A stretch of 64,000 nt of DNA from Octopus vulgaris (GCA_951406725.2 OX597820.1:90520001-90584000), one strand, 5' to 3'; shown: positions 26,216 through 41,218, counted from the stretch's first letter. The notes: generated by a model from the sequence alone, not told the origin. Made by a program: numbers and translations.

Positions 26216-26856
26216 CACTGTACATATGATATTAAAACTTATATTTAAAGTGTATGTTATTACAAATAGGTTGAGACACTCCTTAACTGTACACGTCTTT
26301 TGAATTACATATCCACTTTACCCATTAAATCCCACTGTCCTATAAATAGGACACTAAATGAGAACATTAAATAAGCTATATCACATTGTTTCAGTGTCCT
26401 GGAGTATTTCCATTTCTACTTGAAGTAAGGGAGTTTTAATATTTAAAAATGTTTTTAACTTATTTTCAATCATCTGTAAAAAATTAAAGTAATATTCAGA
26501 AATTTAAGCACTGTGGGACTTAATAGAAATCGTTAGCGGGAGACTAAATTATTGCGGTTCACGTTTGTTCTGGTTCGAATGACAAATTTTAATTAACGTT
26601 GTTAGAAAGAAGTTAAAGTTTGAATATTGTTTATTCTCCCGTTTCAGAAGACAAATTTGTGCAAATCCTAAATCTAGCTAATGTTAGGAAAAGAGCTTTG
26701 CCTTCAATTGTTTTCTCACATTTATATGAATACAAATACAAAATAATTACAAGTTCTCTCTCGCTCTCCGTCTCTCTCCCCATCTTTCTCATTCTAGCTA
26801 TCTAATCTATTTACCATTCAGTTCATATCTCACTCTCTCTCACTCTTTCGCTGTGT

Positions 26857-26938
<82 letters not shown>

Positions 26939-27761
26939 TAAATACATATATATATACTACAAACACACACAAAACATACACAAGGACGTAGATGTGAATG
27001 GGAGAAATTCCAATGAAGCAGTCCCAATGTGCTTTTCTTTATTGTGCAATAAAATCCAATGTCATTTGTTTTACGAAAATCCTGTGATTATGTGCTAGGG
27101 CAAAAGTACACTTTTACTACAGCAAACGACGCCAATGTAATCCATAATTTCTTTGTAGACGAGCTAAATATATCTACACTGGAAACATTTACACTGCTGA
27201 GAAAATACTTGCCTTAGTAACAAGGCTTACTGCTGATACAAGAATGGAATTTGTCCAAAAGAAATCTTCATATTTGGTAGTTGAACGCAGAAAAATTGAT
27301 TCCTGAACACCAAAGCTTTTCACCATGAATGCGTCTTTCTATCGTTTCCTTATGAATAGTATGCATGTCTAGATACTAATGATAGCATATCAATCAAACT
27401 TTCTGTGAATGCAGATAAAGCAAAGAATACTATACTCCACCCCGCAACACATATAGCTGTCGGAGTTTTCCTCTTACAATATCATAATATCCCACAATGC
27501 ATTTATAGTTGCATGGCACAAAAATATTTGCGATATTTGACTAGTCCATAGATAGAATATCCATAGGCATTAATACATACAAGACTGATATCAACTGGAT
27601 GGTAGTAATGCTGACAAGCTTTATTTGAGAAAAAGGTCGGGTGAGGCTAAATTCGACACTGGGGTCCGGTGAAAGATTACAATAATACTCTAATACCAGA
27701 CACACTTATACGTATTTATCTATTTACATACGTACAAACCCCATTTGTGAACTTCTTACAA

Positions 27762-27831
<70 letters not shown>

Positions 27832-27986
27832 TTATATATGTATATATTTAGGAGAAAACACCTTATATCGATTCAATAATGAAAAATTAAATTATACCAT
27901 TTAGAAAAATTACATATTATAGAAAGATTAATTATAAGTTAAAACATAACAATGATTAAGTTATTTGCAAAATAGTAAATAAAACG

Positions 27987-28028
<42 letters not shown>

Positions 28029-28600
28029 CACTAATCACTTTTATTTCAAGATTTCTGACCAATAGATTAAGTGGCTGTTTCTAAACTGGATCCAAGGCTC
28101 CTTCATTGAAATATGAACAACTTCAACAGAGTATTTTTATATGTATGTGTCTATGTATACGTGAAGATTTGTATGTTTTGTTTTATGTATGTCTTCTGAT
28201 GCATATAGTTGCACATCTTATACAGAAATGGCGATTTCTGCCTGTCTGTCTGTCTATCTGTCTGTCCGTCTTTTGCTGTCCAAACCAGGGAGCCCATCTC
28301 CACCGAACTTTGTATACATACTGAACTAACATCCAGTTCAATTATGGGCTAATTGGATTTCAATAAAAATCGATAATGAATCGACTACAGGGTTTGAGGT
28401 ATTACATGATAAAATGAGCGTGTTGCAAAATTGCTTGTTTCAGAGTGATGTGGCATGATAAGGTTGTGTGATATCGGGGAAGGGGAGGAGACACGGAATG
28501 TAACAGACAGTCAGAGAGTGAAAACGACAGGGACACTTCGATATATATAAAAGAAAGTTTTTATGTGTGTGTGTATGTGTGTGTGTGTATGTGTATGTGT

Positions 28601-28654
<54 letters not shown>

Positions 28655-28664
28655 CTTCCTTTAT

Positions 28665-30090
28665 ACATTCGAAAACTGAGTTGCCGATTTTGAGGTATGG
28701 GGTATCAAAAGATTCAGTAATTTTACGACTGCCAAATAAACTTAATTTTCATGTTCATATTTGCATTACAAATCTTTTACATTGTAAACTTTTCCATAAG
28801 TCAACTATCATAAATATTTTATGCCACGACGACAAGGACGACGACGTCAGATTTTCTGTATAAGTGTCTACCTTAAAGGCATCCATTTCTCTATGTTATC
28901 ACGAAATACAGTCACTCACTCTCTCTCTCACATGCGCACACACACATATATACAAATAATACGTTTGCATATGTATTTATGCATGTGTATACAAAATATG
29001 TGTATGTGTGACACGGAGACATACAGAATGAGTGCCATTTACACATACATAACAATAAATATTTTCACTCACTCACTCTCTCTCCTTCTCTCTCTCTCAC
29101 GCACACGCACACACACATACTTCAATTTCATATACATGTACATATATCTTTCACATTCCCCTCTCATTCACTTGCTGCTCTTACTTGAAAGCAAATATCA
29201 CGGTTTCGCTTCCTCTTCTCTTTCAATTTCTGCTCTCTTTGAAAGCATAAAGAAAGAAAAAAATTGCGGAAATTAACGAACACATTCAAGAACTGAGTTG
29301 CTGATTTTCACGTATGGTGTATCAAAAAATTCAGTAATCTTCCGGCTAAGAAATAAACTTTATTTTCATTTACATATTTACATAACAAAGATTTAACATA
29401 ATAACCTCCCTATAATTCAACTATCCTATGATACCACGATGACAACCTCACATTTTCCATATGGGTGTGTACCTTAACAGTCATCTATTTCTCTATACAT
29501 TATGAAGAAATACAGTAAATAAACTTCCTCTCTCACATGCACAGGAAAACATACATACAAGAAAGGTGTATGTATATGTATTTATATACGTGTATATGAA
29601 AGAAATTATTGATGTATGAGAGGGAATATTTACACTTACGCGCAGTAACACACAGCTTCCCTCTCTATCTCTCTCACACACACACGTTCCTTTCATATAC
29701 ACCTACATATAGCTTTCACTTTCTCCTGTCATTAAGTTTCTTATTATTTTATTGCCCACAAGTGGCTAAACATAGAGGGGGCAAACAAGGACAGACAAAG
29801 GGATTAAGTCGATTACATCGACTCGAGTGCGTAACTGGTACTTAATTTATCGACCACGAAAGGATGAAAGGCAAAGTCAACTTTGGCGGAATTTGAACAC
29901 AGAACGTAAAGACAGACGATATATCGTTAAGCATTTCGTCTAGCGTGGTAAAGGTTTTGCCAGCGCGCTGCCTTTCAGTTTCTGCTCTTACTTCAAAAGA
30001 AATGTCACCTTTTCACTTCCTCATCTCTTTCAATTTCTGCTCTCGTCAAAGCATAAAAATATTTAAAAATTACGAAAATTAACGAACAAT
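28665..30090. repeat. Diverged local tandem duplication, ~620-bp unit; second copy interrupted by a SINE
   Basis: cattcgaaaactgagttgccgattttg (28666) is similar to cattcaagaactgagttgctgattttc (29283). ctgctcttacttgaaagc..aaattaacgaaca (29175-29282) is similar to 29982-30088. Confidence 0.85.
29738..29975 (-). mobile_element. OK-like SINE monomer
   Basis: Full body with head, core and tail. Confidence 0.85.
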
Positions 30091-30410
30091 CATATGATCC
30101 CGTATGATCGATCATATGATCGAGTTGACAACTTTCCTGTTTCAAAAGAAAGAATGCCGAAACGAACTTTGAAAAGCAAATATCGATACGTAGATACTTA
30201 GGTAAAAGTTTTTATTTTTTCATTCCCTTTGAAATTGCTTAAATTTTATAGTCTTCGGTCGTTTTGACTGTCTCCTAGCGTGTAGAAATTGCTTGTTATA
30301 GGCAATTTCTCTCTGTGTTTTAAAAGTACACTATTTTATATTGAATAATATGTCGTCCATTGACTTTTTACACATGCTAGGCCACTGATAGAGACATTTG
30401 TAAACATTTA

Positions 30411-30449
<39 letters not shown>

Positions 30450-31099
30450 ACCAGTTGAACAAAGTTAAAACATGGTCTGGTTTCCACGTTTCTTTTATTA
30501 TGGTATTTTAACATTAAAAAAATATTTAGTAATGCTCATAAATTTAAATTTGCACTTTCTTACATAGTTAAATCATCAAATTTCAAATGGTTTTTTGTGA
30601 AATTCGGTGTTCCTAGCGATACACTGAATATTTGATAACTATCGAAATACTATCTGTTACTTAGTTATTAATTTCCATCTTCGTGTTCCAAGACACACTG
30701 ATGTCTTGGCTTGAGATTTAGCGACAATAAAGTTGTTTAACTTTCGATGATAATTTTTTTCTGAATAGAGAATAACAGGATACGGTCGTGCTGATATCCG
30801 GATCTAAATCATAGTATGTCTCGCTGATTTTTCAGCTGGTTCTCAGATATTTTTAGCGATCTTGTGTTGACAATGTTGAATCTTTTCCGCATGCATACTA
30901 AATTTCGAAATAAAAATTCTCTAACAAAATCACTGTCTTTTCATTATTAGATCTCCAATTTCCTTCGCATCTCATATCATTTACTGAACAATTATAGAGA
31001 CATATATGTTGAATTCCTTTACGATAATTATAATGATTATTAAGGCGGTGACTTAACAGAATTGTTGAGCACTGGAGTCGATGTAATTAACTAGTCTCC

Positions 31100-31900
31100 T
31101 TCCAAAAAATCGGAGAACTCTTGCTGTTCTTCAGTCAATCCTGATTTTCTAGGTTTTCTATCTTTACAGCTGTACCAATCCTTTTCAGCCCTGTTGGTGG
31201 TTGATTATCGATCCTAATACTTTGTTATTTTCTCTATACGTTACAAATTGACGCCCTCATAACTTGGTACAGTTAAATCCCTTGTCTGGGATAGTCTATT
31301 CTCTTTGCTGAATACTACTAAATCAGGTTTTCTAGTTTCGATTACTCTGTCAGACTAGATGTTAAAACCCCATATCTTACATTTTTTAAAACTTTCTAGC
31401 ATTTGACTAAGTTAATGTTCATACCACTTATCCGTATGGTGATATCTTCGTTTTCTACATAACTCCAGTGGATTATTCTCCCATGGTTGTCATGTTTCTC
31501 CATGTATTCTTTCTTTCAGTGTATGTAACTTTCAGGGTATGTAAGAGTGAATGTAAAATTCACTAACACCTTCCTCTTTTGATTTACTTAATCCACATTG
31601 GGAATCTACCAGACTTTTGTTTGTTTTGTCTTTTATCCATTTAGTTCTCAATGATTGATCTTATGCTCTGACTAAAAAAATAAAACTCTCTCTCTCTCTG
31701 TCTCTCTCTTCCTCTCTCTCTTTTAAGCCTTCCTTTCTGCAATCACAACCATAGCTCACTATTACTAATTTCTGCCTCTATCTTTGAAAACCTAGCATGC
31801 AAAGCCTTCTATTGCGGGTCAGGTAATTTTTCTTCTTTCTGGTTCTTAACTTCATTTGGCTTTCGGATTTCTCTATCTCCTACTGTTACTCGGCATTTCA
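31100..31900 (-). mobile_element. Decayed R4-clade LINE 3' fragment
   Basis: Minus strand gives HDNHGRIIHW, DKWYEH and WGFNI*SDRVIETRKPDLVV. Confidence 0.7.
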
Positions 31901-31919
31901 GTAGCATAACACCAACTAT

Positions 31920-34060
31920 TTGGAACTAATGCTAATCGGGAAAGCAGTATGGGCGTCAGTGCCTACCTCTACAGCACGCCACATCACTCGGCAAAGGTGA
32001 GAGGAGAGGGGAAAGAGCGTTGCGAAATGCCAATAGCAGTCCGCGGAAATTTGGATGTGATGACGGGGGAGAAATCAACTGGTCTGGCTGGTTTGCCTTA
32101 TGAGTTTTACTTTTATATGCCATGCTTGTTTGGTGGCCTGTTGATAGATATCTAAGTCAACTGGTAGCAGTACGGGAAAATCCCCAATTTTGTGAGTCGA
32201 AGAGCGGTGGCACTGCCGAGAAAGGACTCAAACAGGGGTTCAAATAGAAATTTTCCGGCCCGAAATGATGCAGAGCGTAGACCTCAGAATTTTTGCCAAG
32301 GTGTAAGCAAATATTTAGGAACTTCTCGTCGAGGAACTGATTGATGATGCGCACACATACGCCATCCCAAGGATATCCATCTACGAAAACGTCCAACCCT
32401 AGCGGTACATCATAGACACTGTGAGTAGAGAAATTGACATGGGAGTAGGGACTGATCAGTATGTATCAATATAAAGCCTTCCAGTGGGTCGATCACCAAT
32501 AATTGGTTACCGTTCTCACGGTGGTTTGTTTAGGTCCTTTTTCTTGTAGTTTGATCGCCGCAATATAAAGCGACATCAGCTCAGTAGTTCGAGTGAATGG
32601 TTACCTATTGGAACTATTCACCATCATGCGCTCGGTCTGACAAGGGTGTCCTCTCTATCACTTCTGTATGTACTTGATCTAGAAAAATAGTGCTGAAATA
32701 GGAGGCGTTGCGAGACATTCCACACCAAGTAGGACGTAGGAGAACCGTGTCAACATGTGTGTACGACGTCACCACATGGTCAGTACTGCTCTAAAAGAAT
32801 ACGTGGTAGGGGCAGGAGCAAGAGTTAACTGAGAAAAGAGAAGCAGGTCTATACCGTGCAACAGCGTCGTGAGACGTTGAACGGAGGAAACGATTAAATT
32901 GTTTGGCGTGCGGTTTGGTCTGGATCTTCAGATGGAAAGAAATGGGACGAGGTGACGAGCAGTATAGCCAATCTCACCCATAAATGGGCCGAGACGCAGC
33001 TGTCCCTGAATTGTCGAACCGAGGAGGCGAACGCTTATATCGCATCGGTTATATATTACCACCTGACTGTCATGCTTTGCCTCCAATTTATGTCAGAGTA
33101 AACTGGAGTGCGCATGATTTCGCTTTCAGTGGATGGGACTCTTTGCACTGGTCAGGTTCCTCATTTGCTGTCAACATCCGCTGAATGAAGGACTGGACAT
33201 TCCGTACCCGCCTATACGCAGACACGCGTTGAGTCTAGGAAAGCTCCACTGCTTCATAGACGTTGAGCAGGTGTAGTTATCGTTTGTCAGACAGGATTTT
33301 ACATAGCATGTCCCTTTCACTCAGTTGCAGTCCTGATTGAAGCAGTAGTTTGGGGCAGAGCATGTGGCATCTTGAGTGTCGTCAGGTGCTCAAGATCTTC
33401 TGGCAGACGTTCTCGGAAAGTCCCTAGGCGTCGACAAAATGAACTGGTCGGTCTATTACAGAGAACATTCGGGCCAGAGACTATGGATAATTTCCTGGCA
33501 GTACTACCAGTGGGCATTGAGGGCTCCGGATAAAACCTAGAGGGATGGAAATGCCGTCAGCCGCTTTTGTACGACATGCTCGTAGGGTGGCGAAACCATT
33601 TTGCACGGTCCTGTCCAGTGCCCGAGTATTGCTGCATTTTTGGTCTATGTCGACCGGATCCGGCTATTGGCAGAATCAATTGTGAAGATTGTCCCAAGGT
33701 CATCATGTGGCCGGGATGCGAAATCAGTATTTCCTTGTCTGGTGGTCTTAGCAAATGTGATTTTGTGGTGAAGTAAAATAAAAGGGATGAAAGCCCTCAT
33801 CAACGTTTTCAAGTAAATCTTAAAAAGGAATGTGAAGGGAGAGGGAAGTACTCTTTCTTCTAACCTGTTCTGTCCCTTCAGGGTTCTGCATACTACTTCA
33901 CTTTCGAGCTCTCCTCTTATCATCCTGTATAATTACCTCAGTTCTTTCCGTGTCCTTTCCAGCTTCATTCGTATTCTCTTCCCCCAGTTTGGATCTTTCT
34001 TTTCCTTCTCCTTCTTTTCTTTAACCGCCTTCTGCTTGTATCCTATTAGGTCAGCTACAA
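31920..34060 (+). mobile_element. Decayed Tx1/L1-like LINE (RT to 3' end)
   Basis: GLAGLPYEFY (32080), KAFQWVDH (32473), VRVNGYL..SV*QGCPL (32585-32655) and PLNEGLDIP (33178). Confidence 0.75.
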
Positions 34061-34155
34061 ATTAGCAACAGCTATGATTAGCTAGTTTCTTTCACTAATG
34101 TTCTCTGTTTTATTATTATTATTATCTATTATTATTATTATTATTATCATTATTA

Positions 34156-34207
<52 letters not shown>

Positions 34208-34261
34208 CATTATTGTTATTATCATCATCATCATCATCATCATCATCATTATTATTATTAT

Positions 34262-34422
34262 TCTATGTTTGACTTTTGCTTTATATTTGTACAAGTTGGC
34301 TCCAAGTCTCACCCAGAGACCTCAAGAGACAACAGGGTTGGAAGTTCATGTTGTTGTTATGCCTAGTGTGCCATATATTAGGGGGTGGGGATGTTGTACT
34401 AATGAATGTCTAAAAAAAAAAG

Positions 34423-34454
<32 letters not shown>

Positions 34455-34855
34455 AAAATTATGTTTGTTTTAAAAATTGAGATTAAATAGAGAGTATTTT
34501 GCGTAGGATATGAGCAGTTCCCATGAGCACTATCTTTTGAACTTCTGCCATTTTTGGGTTTCCTGGTATCTGAGTTAGGTAGCTATCAGCCCCTTTTGCT
34601 ATCATTCCCAGGGCACCTATGACAACAGGTATTGTTTTAGTCTTCAGCTTCCACATTTTGCTGATTTCTATTTCAAGATCTTTATATTTGCTCAGTTTTT
34701 GGTAGGTCTTGACAGATACGTTTATATCGATTGGGACAGTCATATCAATGAGGAGGCATGTTCTTTGTTTGAAGTTTTTCAATATGATGTCTGGCCTATT
34801 TGCATCTATCTTCCTGTCAGTTTGAATGGTGAAGTTCCAGAGGAGTGAGATGTGG

Positions 34856-34858
<3 letters not shown>
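34262..34858 (-). mobile_element. Young 5'-truncated R4/Dong copy (family C) between (TAA)n arrays
   Basis: Open frame LLWNFTIQTDRKIDANRPDII..CLLIDMTVP..KLSKYKDLEIEISKMWKLKTKTIPVVIGALG..GTAHILRK. Arrays lie at 34110-34262 and 34858-34936. Confidence 0.92.
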
Positions 34859-34936
<78 letters not shown>

Positions 34937-34937
<1 letters not shown>

Positions 34938-35420
34938 GTCGCCTTGAGACTCTATTACACGGTCAGTTGGGTATAGAGAATTCCACATTATCTTACACCA
35001 GTTATTTTCAATTACAGCATCTATTCTAGATTCTGTACAATTTGTCAGCTGCTTCGAGCCGCACTTTTTATAAACGCCAGTCACTTTTTAAGCTACCTTG
35101 CAATATTCCACAATAAATTCCTAAGAGACTTGCCTATTTTATCAGACAACACATGAAAAATTGCTGGTTCCTGTCTCTTTTATTTTAACAAAATTTTCCT
35201 CTAACCTGTTTCCCTTATACAACTAACGGTCTAAAGACAATTGATCTCTTGGTAGAGCTTTTTTTCCTGACAAAATCACTATTTAAAGTCCTTATTTCTC
35301 ACTTATTCAACGTCTTATATTATTTTCTTTCTTACGCATCCTAATCTTCTCCTATATATTTATCAATCATCTTTCTGGTTCCACATATAATATCGTTTTG
35401 TAACATATGCATCTAGTCAT
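34937..35420 (-). mobile_element. Older decayed R4-clade fragment
   Basis: DAVIENNWCKIMWNSLYPTDRVIES resembles the WDF..TDR.I endonuclease motif. Confidence 0.55.
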
Positions 35421-36849
35421 ATACATTCAGAGCTGTGTGGGTTTGCGTTATGCAGTAGTAATTTATTTTACCTCGGTGCAGTCTGGCATAATTGTTTCAT
35501 GAAAATGCACCAGTGTTTATTGTCAATAGTCTTCATGGATGCCTATATATATTACTGATACTTTCAAAAATGTTATCCACTTCATGATCTGATTTGCTCT
35601 TTTTAAATTTGAATCGTTTTTTTATCTCTTCATTTATCTTCCAATTCTATTATCTTTTTTACATATTTAGAGTGGGGCCGACCTCACGAACATTTCCAGA
35701 TATTAAAAAAAAAAATTTTTTCGATGAAAACAAAATATTATTTTCAAAGCAGAAACCTGGTCTGAATGTTTGCAAAAGTTTACACTCTGCTACAGAGACG
35801 CATGGACATGGTGGTGTTTTGAAGTTCGTTGACTAATTTCTGTTCTTCCATCCACAGTAATGACCATCGAAACAGGTTTAAAGTCCCAGATTGTATTTAA
35901 TTCACTTTTTGTAGTGCACGTGTACTACCCCAAATGTCGTGTATTAGGATTGAACACAGAATGACGTTTCATTAATCAGAGAACGTCTCAGCTACACATC
36001 ATAAATTACGAACAAATATCTATACTCTTCTATTCCTCAACGAATTTATTCTTTCTAGTTCGACTTTGTACTTATCTTTATACCAAAATTTATAGTTAGC
36101 TTTTCCGTATTATAACCTAGATAATTTTATTCACTACTAAAATATATCTGATTGCCACCGTTAAAGAAATATTTTGATAAGGTCTTCCATTTATCATTTC
36201 CATCTTCTTTTCCACCAAGTTTCTTTTACTTACACATGTAGTGTTTTTTTTCCCTCTTATCCACTAAGCTAGTTTTTGTATTTAATGGCTCTCAATCCTA
36301 ATCCATCAAACCTGTTATCATATGTATCTATCTGCGATCATCCCATTTTTTTAAAATTCAGAAACTGAACATTCGCAGCCGTATCACCCAATAATCTATT
36401 CTATTCCAGGAAGGATCAGTGTGATAGCAGGAAGATTGTACAGTGATTTTGTTTTTCTGAAAGAATATAACAATCATCCATGGGCACTTTCTGTACATTT
36501 TGGAAATAGGAGCAGGAAGTTTGAAACAAAATTTAATCAACTAAAGCCACGACAAGTGCACTGTGGCTTTGCTAAATCTAGAGATAGATTAAATTTATTA
36601 TTCACCTAATTTATTATTAACCGAATTTCAATTATGTTTCTTGGGTGAATCCAAATTCATAGTTGATTATACATATCTATGGTACCATCCAGAACGACTA
36701 AACTATAGACTGCACGGCACCCTGCAATAAATGCTGAAATAAAAAAAAAGAAGCATATTCGATTTCTGCCTTTAAGAAATTCAAAGGTATTTGGAATACT
36801 CATCAAAAAACACCTGAAAATCCCACCAAATATATGGAATGGAATAGTT

Positions 36850-37960
36850 ACTTTTGAGACGGAAAAAACTACTCGCAATCGACTGAGATTTTTATATTAA
36901 AGCGACCCTGCCAATTGACCTGCGATATTGAGATACATGCTCATGAAGATGTACCTCATAATTTTGATGTGAGAAATACAAGTGGGACTGACCGATACAT
37001 ATTTGGTTCTATGTTCTTTTGTATCACAACAAGGGCCTCTTATTTAATGCGGGAGTTATCGAGAGATAATATGCAGTCGGAAGAGAATAGACATTTCATA
37101 ACATAGTGACAAGATTTGGCACATAAAGGCCTAACCATGAGTCAAAGCAACTAAATATTTAAGTGTAAAGACACAGTACATTCAAAAAATCAGAGACCCA
37201 TAGCATGTCTTCTTGTAACCTGGAGAATCATACTTCTTGTGCAACTGCTTTAATGCAGCATATAGATGTAAGGGTAAAATAAAGTGCAACAAAAGCATAA
37301 CCAAAGACTGAAGGAGAAAGGTTAGGGTTGCTATGGTATGGAAGGACTTCCAGGTTTTAACGGTACTGTTCTTACACAAATTATAAAATCACTAGCTCTG
37401 AATAAGTTAACAGCAGTCATATCAGATACAGAAGAAATAAAGAAACAAATCAACAGTGAATGGCAAACAATTTTACAGGCACAGATAAAGGGGGGTGGAT
37501 TATATACCGTAAACCAATTGCCATTACAGAAGGAATATTCCAAAGTATATATTCCCTTTCTTCTTTCACTGTCAGGCGTTGACATGTTAAATAGGGCTAG
37601 AATTAGATGCAAATGTGCAGAAAAAAACAGGCACTTCTGTTTGTACGTTGCAGTTGTTAATCAACTGGATGCACAATTTCAGGGAGTGTATAGATTTGTC
37701 AGAGTCAATGATACAAAACCGAAATTAGAAATAACTGCCAAGTAATAACTGAACAGAGGAAAATTAATTACTAAACACAATAGAATTTATTTAGGAATCA
37801 ATAAATATATACAACAACAAAATGAACGAAAATATCAAAGGGGAAAAACCATAGATGCGTTAGTTTAATACTTCAAAGAGTTAAATTAAAAAAAAAAGTT
37901 GGGTAATCGGCTTCAGTAGTTTAGCACTCCCAAAAGTACGTTATGGATATGATATGGGGT
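36850..37960 (+). mobile_element. Highly decayed R4-clade RT
   Basis: NQRPIACLLVTWRII (37188), GCYGM, EWQTILQ and LYVAVVNQL..QGVYRF occur in RT order. Confidence 0.55.
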
Positions 37961-39799
37961 TCAAAAAGAATTAGACAAGAAAACAATAATGACTGCATTC
38001 AGAATACATCTTCAAAACCTGATATTCAATGGTTCTGTATACCAGGAATATGGAGGATGAAGATGACTATCAAAACGGCATTTCCAATTACGCAACTAGT
38101 GTTAATGGTAACAACCATAACAGTAACAAGAACAAAAAACAGTAGCAACAACAACAAGATCCACATCAATGTGAAAATGCTAAACAAAATGTAATACGAT
38201 GGTACAAGTAATACCACCATCACACACCACTAACAATGCCATGTCATGAGCAGCAATAGTAATAACTACAACAGATAAAATAGAGAACGACCAATATATT
38301 CACTTTCATCTTCAATAACGCCAATACTGTAGTTAGTTAGCCAATTACTAACAATTACTCCAATATGTGCCTGGTATAAGGGATTGGATGACTTACATTA
38401 TGTCCCAGTATTTGAAGCATGATATTTTCATAACAGTGAAAGGGCAGCATCTTTAAACATACTGCAGAACATCCAGGGAAGACGTGTAAAAAGACAATAC
38501 TGTATTACGATAGAAGCTCAGGCAAATTCAGCGGGTAACGCAGGCCTGAGTTGAAAAGTACCTGAAATCAACCTGTTGCATTGAGACCTGCTTTGCATGC
38601 GGTAAATGGGTCGATATGTTTGGATTTAGATTACCGACCAAGTTAGGGACCAGCTAGTATTCAGTAAACTCCAAATAACGATGATCTGCTAATGCCGAAG
38701 GAGTAAAAATATATGTGCTCGATGAACCACCAGATATATATATATATATATTTGCCGCCCGTTGACAGTCGACGTCCTAGATATAGATGAGAAGACAACC
38801 ATAATACATTTCCACAGACTGCAAAAAGAAAGACTTTCCGCTATAGAAAAAGGGCTATTGACGCAAACACAGCAAGAAAGCATATAAGCTATCCTAGAGT
38901 CGAAGAGCCTGCATAGTGGCATTCAACTACTAATCGTGGTTGAGAGCATACGGAAAAGGTATCATTGGATAGTGCATAACCATATAAGGGGTTTCTGTCC
39001 ACAGTAAAATCTGGGAAGAAGAATCACACACTACCATAACCCTACACACATATACTCACAAATTGCTGCCAACGTCATTGCTATGAGGAACCGAAAGAGG
39101 AACATCAACAACAAAAACTGAGTATTATAAACGAAGGCAGTAAAACAGCAGCATGAAGAAGTGTGTCCTTAGGTAAAAACACAGAACAGAAATTAACTCA
39201 AGGGCAGCATCAGATGAAGCCAACGCTACAAACCAGGGGTGCAACACGACACCACTGAGAAACAATTTCTGCACCAGTCAACCAGAGTACAGACATGGAG
39301 AAAGAAACATTCATTGAACTTTTGCTTGAACTTTTCTTCTCTACTACGATTTTCTGACTTCAAAAACTCGTCGTGGGACAAAATCAAATCAGAAGACTCA
39401 CCAGAAGAGATTGTCGTAAAGTGGGTGTATGAAAAAATACGCGGTAAAAAACCGATTCCCTACCAGAAAATCAATCATGTTGTACGAAGAGATACAGAAC
39501 TCTACAAATAATCTCCCACCTTCCATTACCAAGACTAACTAAATCAGCACACCACCAAAAATAAGAATACATATCAGCACAACGTGATCACTCAAATACA
39601 CACTTAATTCCTGCCATCAACTTCACTGTTGCTAACAAAAATAACTACACCAATAGACTACATGAAACAGAGTGTATTTTATAATAGAGGAAGAGGATTT
39701 CAAGAGACTCGAAAATAATTTTTCACAATCAAAAACGCCTATCAATCTAACATAAGACTCACCCAGAAAGCCAAATATGAAATACGAAGGTGATTCTGG

Positions 39800-41130
39800 A
39801 AATTTTAGTGACAAGCTCTACATGCGTTGAAGTTTTGACAGTTAAATCTGTCCGAAATGCGCACACAGCCAGGAAACTATTTTCCACGCTCTCATTATAA
39901 GACCGAATATTATTCACATTTAGGTTTGTCTAGCAGCTGTAGTCACGGGTAGGACAGAGTTATCTATCAGCGAATTCCATGGCAAAAAATGGCTTCTTTT
40001 GACGGAGGTGGGTCAGGAGATTTCCTCTTCCTGCTAATTATTGTGAAAAAATTTGTGAAGTGAACTGGACGAAAAGGACTGAAGAGAAACACTTTCTTAT
40101 TAAGTTAGGTTTATCAACTTTACCAAGTTACAATTCGCATGTGTAATCTTCTACAGCCTTAGTCCCTTCATTGCTGAAAAGGATTTTCTTGGGGGTGAGC
40201 AGCTATGGTCAACTTGGCAGTACAGAAGTGCTGGAACAAACATCAAGAATACCATCACAGCTCTCTGAGCAATACAGTCGCTGGATATATCATCATGACG
40301 TCTCATAGAGGGTTGGATAAGAGCGACGACATGCTCCATGTAATTCTAGTCATCGATGAAAAAAAAACTGGTGGGAATTTTTCAGGAGAGCTCCCCGTTA
40401 GGTCATACATAATTTTCAGAAATCCATGTTTGCCAGTGATATCGATGCACGATAAGTATTCCTGGTTCAGGAGAAAGTTGGGGTGTTTGTCAGCCACGAC
40501 TGCCCAAGATGCAAGAGCAGCGATGAAACCATCTTGCACTGACGTGTGGAGTTATGTCGAAGAGTTACCTTCACTAGTAAAACGGACCCGGGTAGCAGTC
40601 GACTCCAACGCAGACATCACCTACACCCCACCTTCCAATGGCCGAGAATGGCAGTCAGATTTCCTATCTCTGGTGACTAAGGTAAAAGGGTGTGTGTGGT
40701 TGACGAAATAATTTAAGATAGATTCTTTTAATTTCGACCAAGCCCTTGTCAACGTTTTAAAGGTGAATGGATAGTAATGATGAAGAGAATGGTCGTTTCC
40801 CTGTAAATCTGTAAAACTTTGGTTGAATATAATAAGAAAGGCTCGAATGAGCGGACTCTTTCAAGCATGTGCTTGTAGGCTAAAAAGTATGGAGAAGATA
40901 GTTACCCTCATCATGGCACTGCTGATGAGAATGGTAATTCGAAAACTGTGACTCTCCTTGGTTACCACTGAGTCATTTTCCCTCCTGCTGGGAAATTTTG
41001 TTTGCTATAATTTTCTTACTAATTGTTATTGCTTTATAGTTTGCACATATTTATATAAATCCCCACTGTATTTCGTATTGTGCTAAATGCATATAGGTGC
41101 AACCCGTGTGGCCAAAAAAGAAAATATTAG
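39800..41130 (+). mobile_element. Two decayed Tx1-like LINE 3' ends
   Basis: CPKCAHSQETIFHAL (39849) and DVWSYVEEL..ITYTPP..FLSLVTKVKGCVWLT (40540-40710). A terminus-like gtgcaacccgtgtggccaaaaaagaaa lies at 41097. Confidence 0.6.
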
Positions 41131-41139
41131 ATTATTATT

Positions 41140-41152
41140 CTAGTAGTAGTAA

Positions 41153-41218
<66 letters not shown>

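Noticed and set aside
30450-31000. Possible DNA transposon remnant
   Set aside because: I found no inverted termini or transposase motif.
37338-37745. 135-aa ORF as a host gene
   Set aside because: It sits in register with decayed RT motifs (RPIACL upstream) and is better explained as an R4 relic.
40205-40711. 168-aa ORF as a host gene
   Set aside because: Its C-terminal half matches the pattern of Tx1-like ORF2 ends seen elsewhere in the window.
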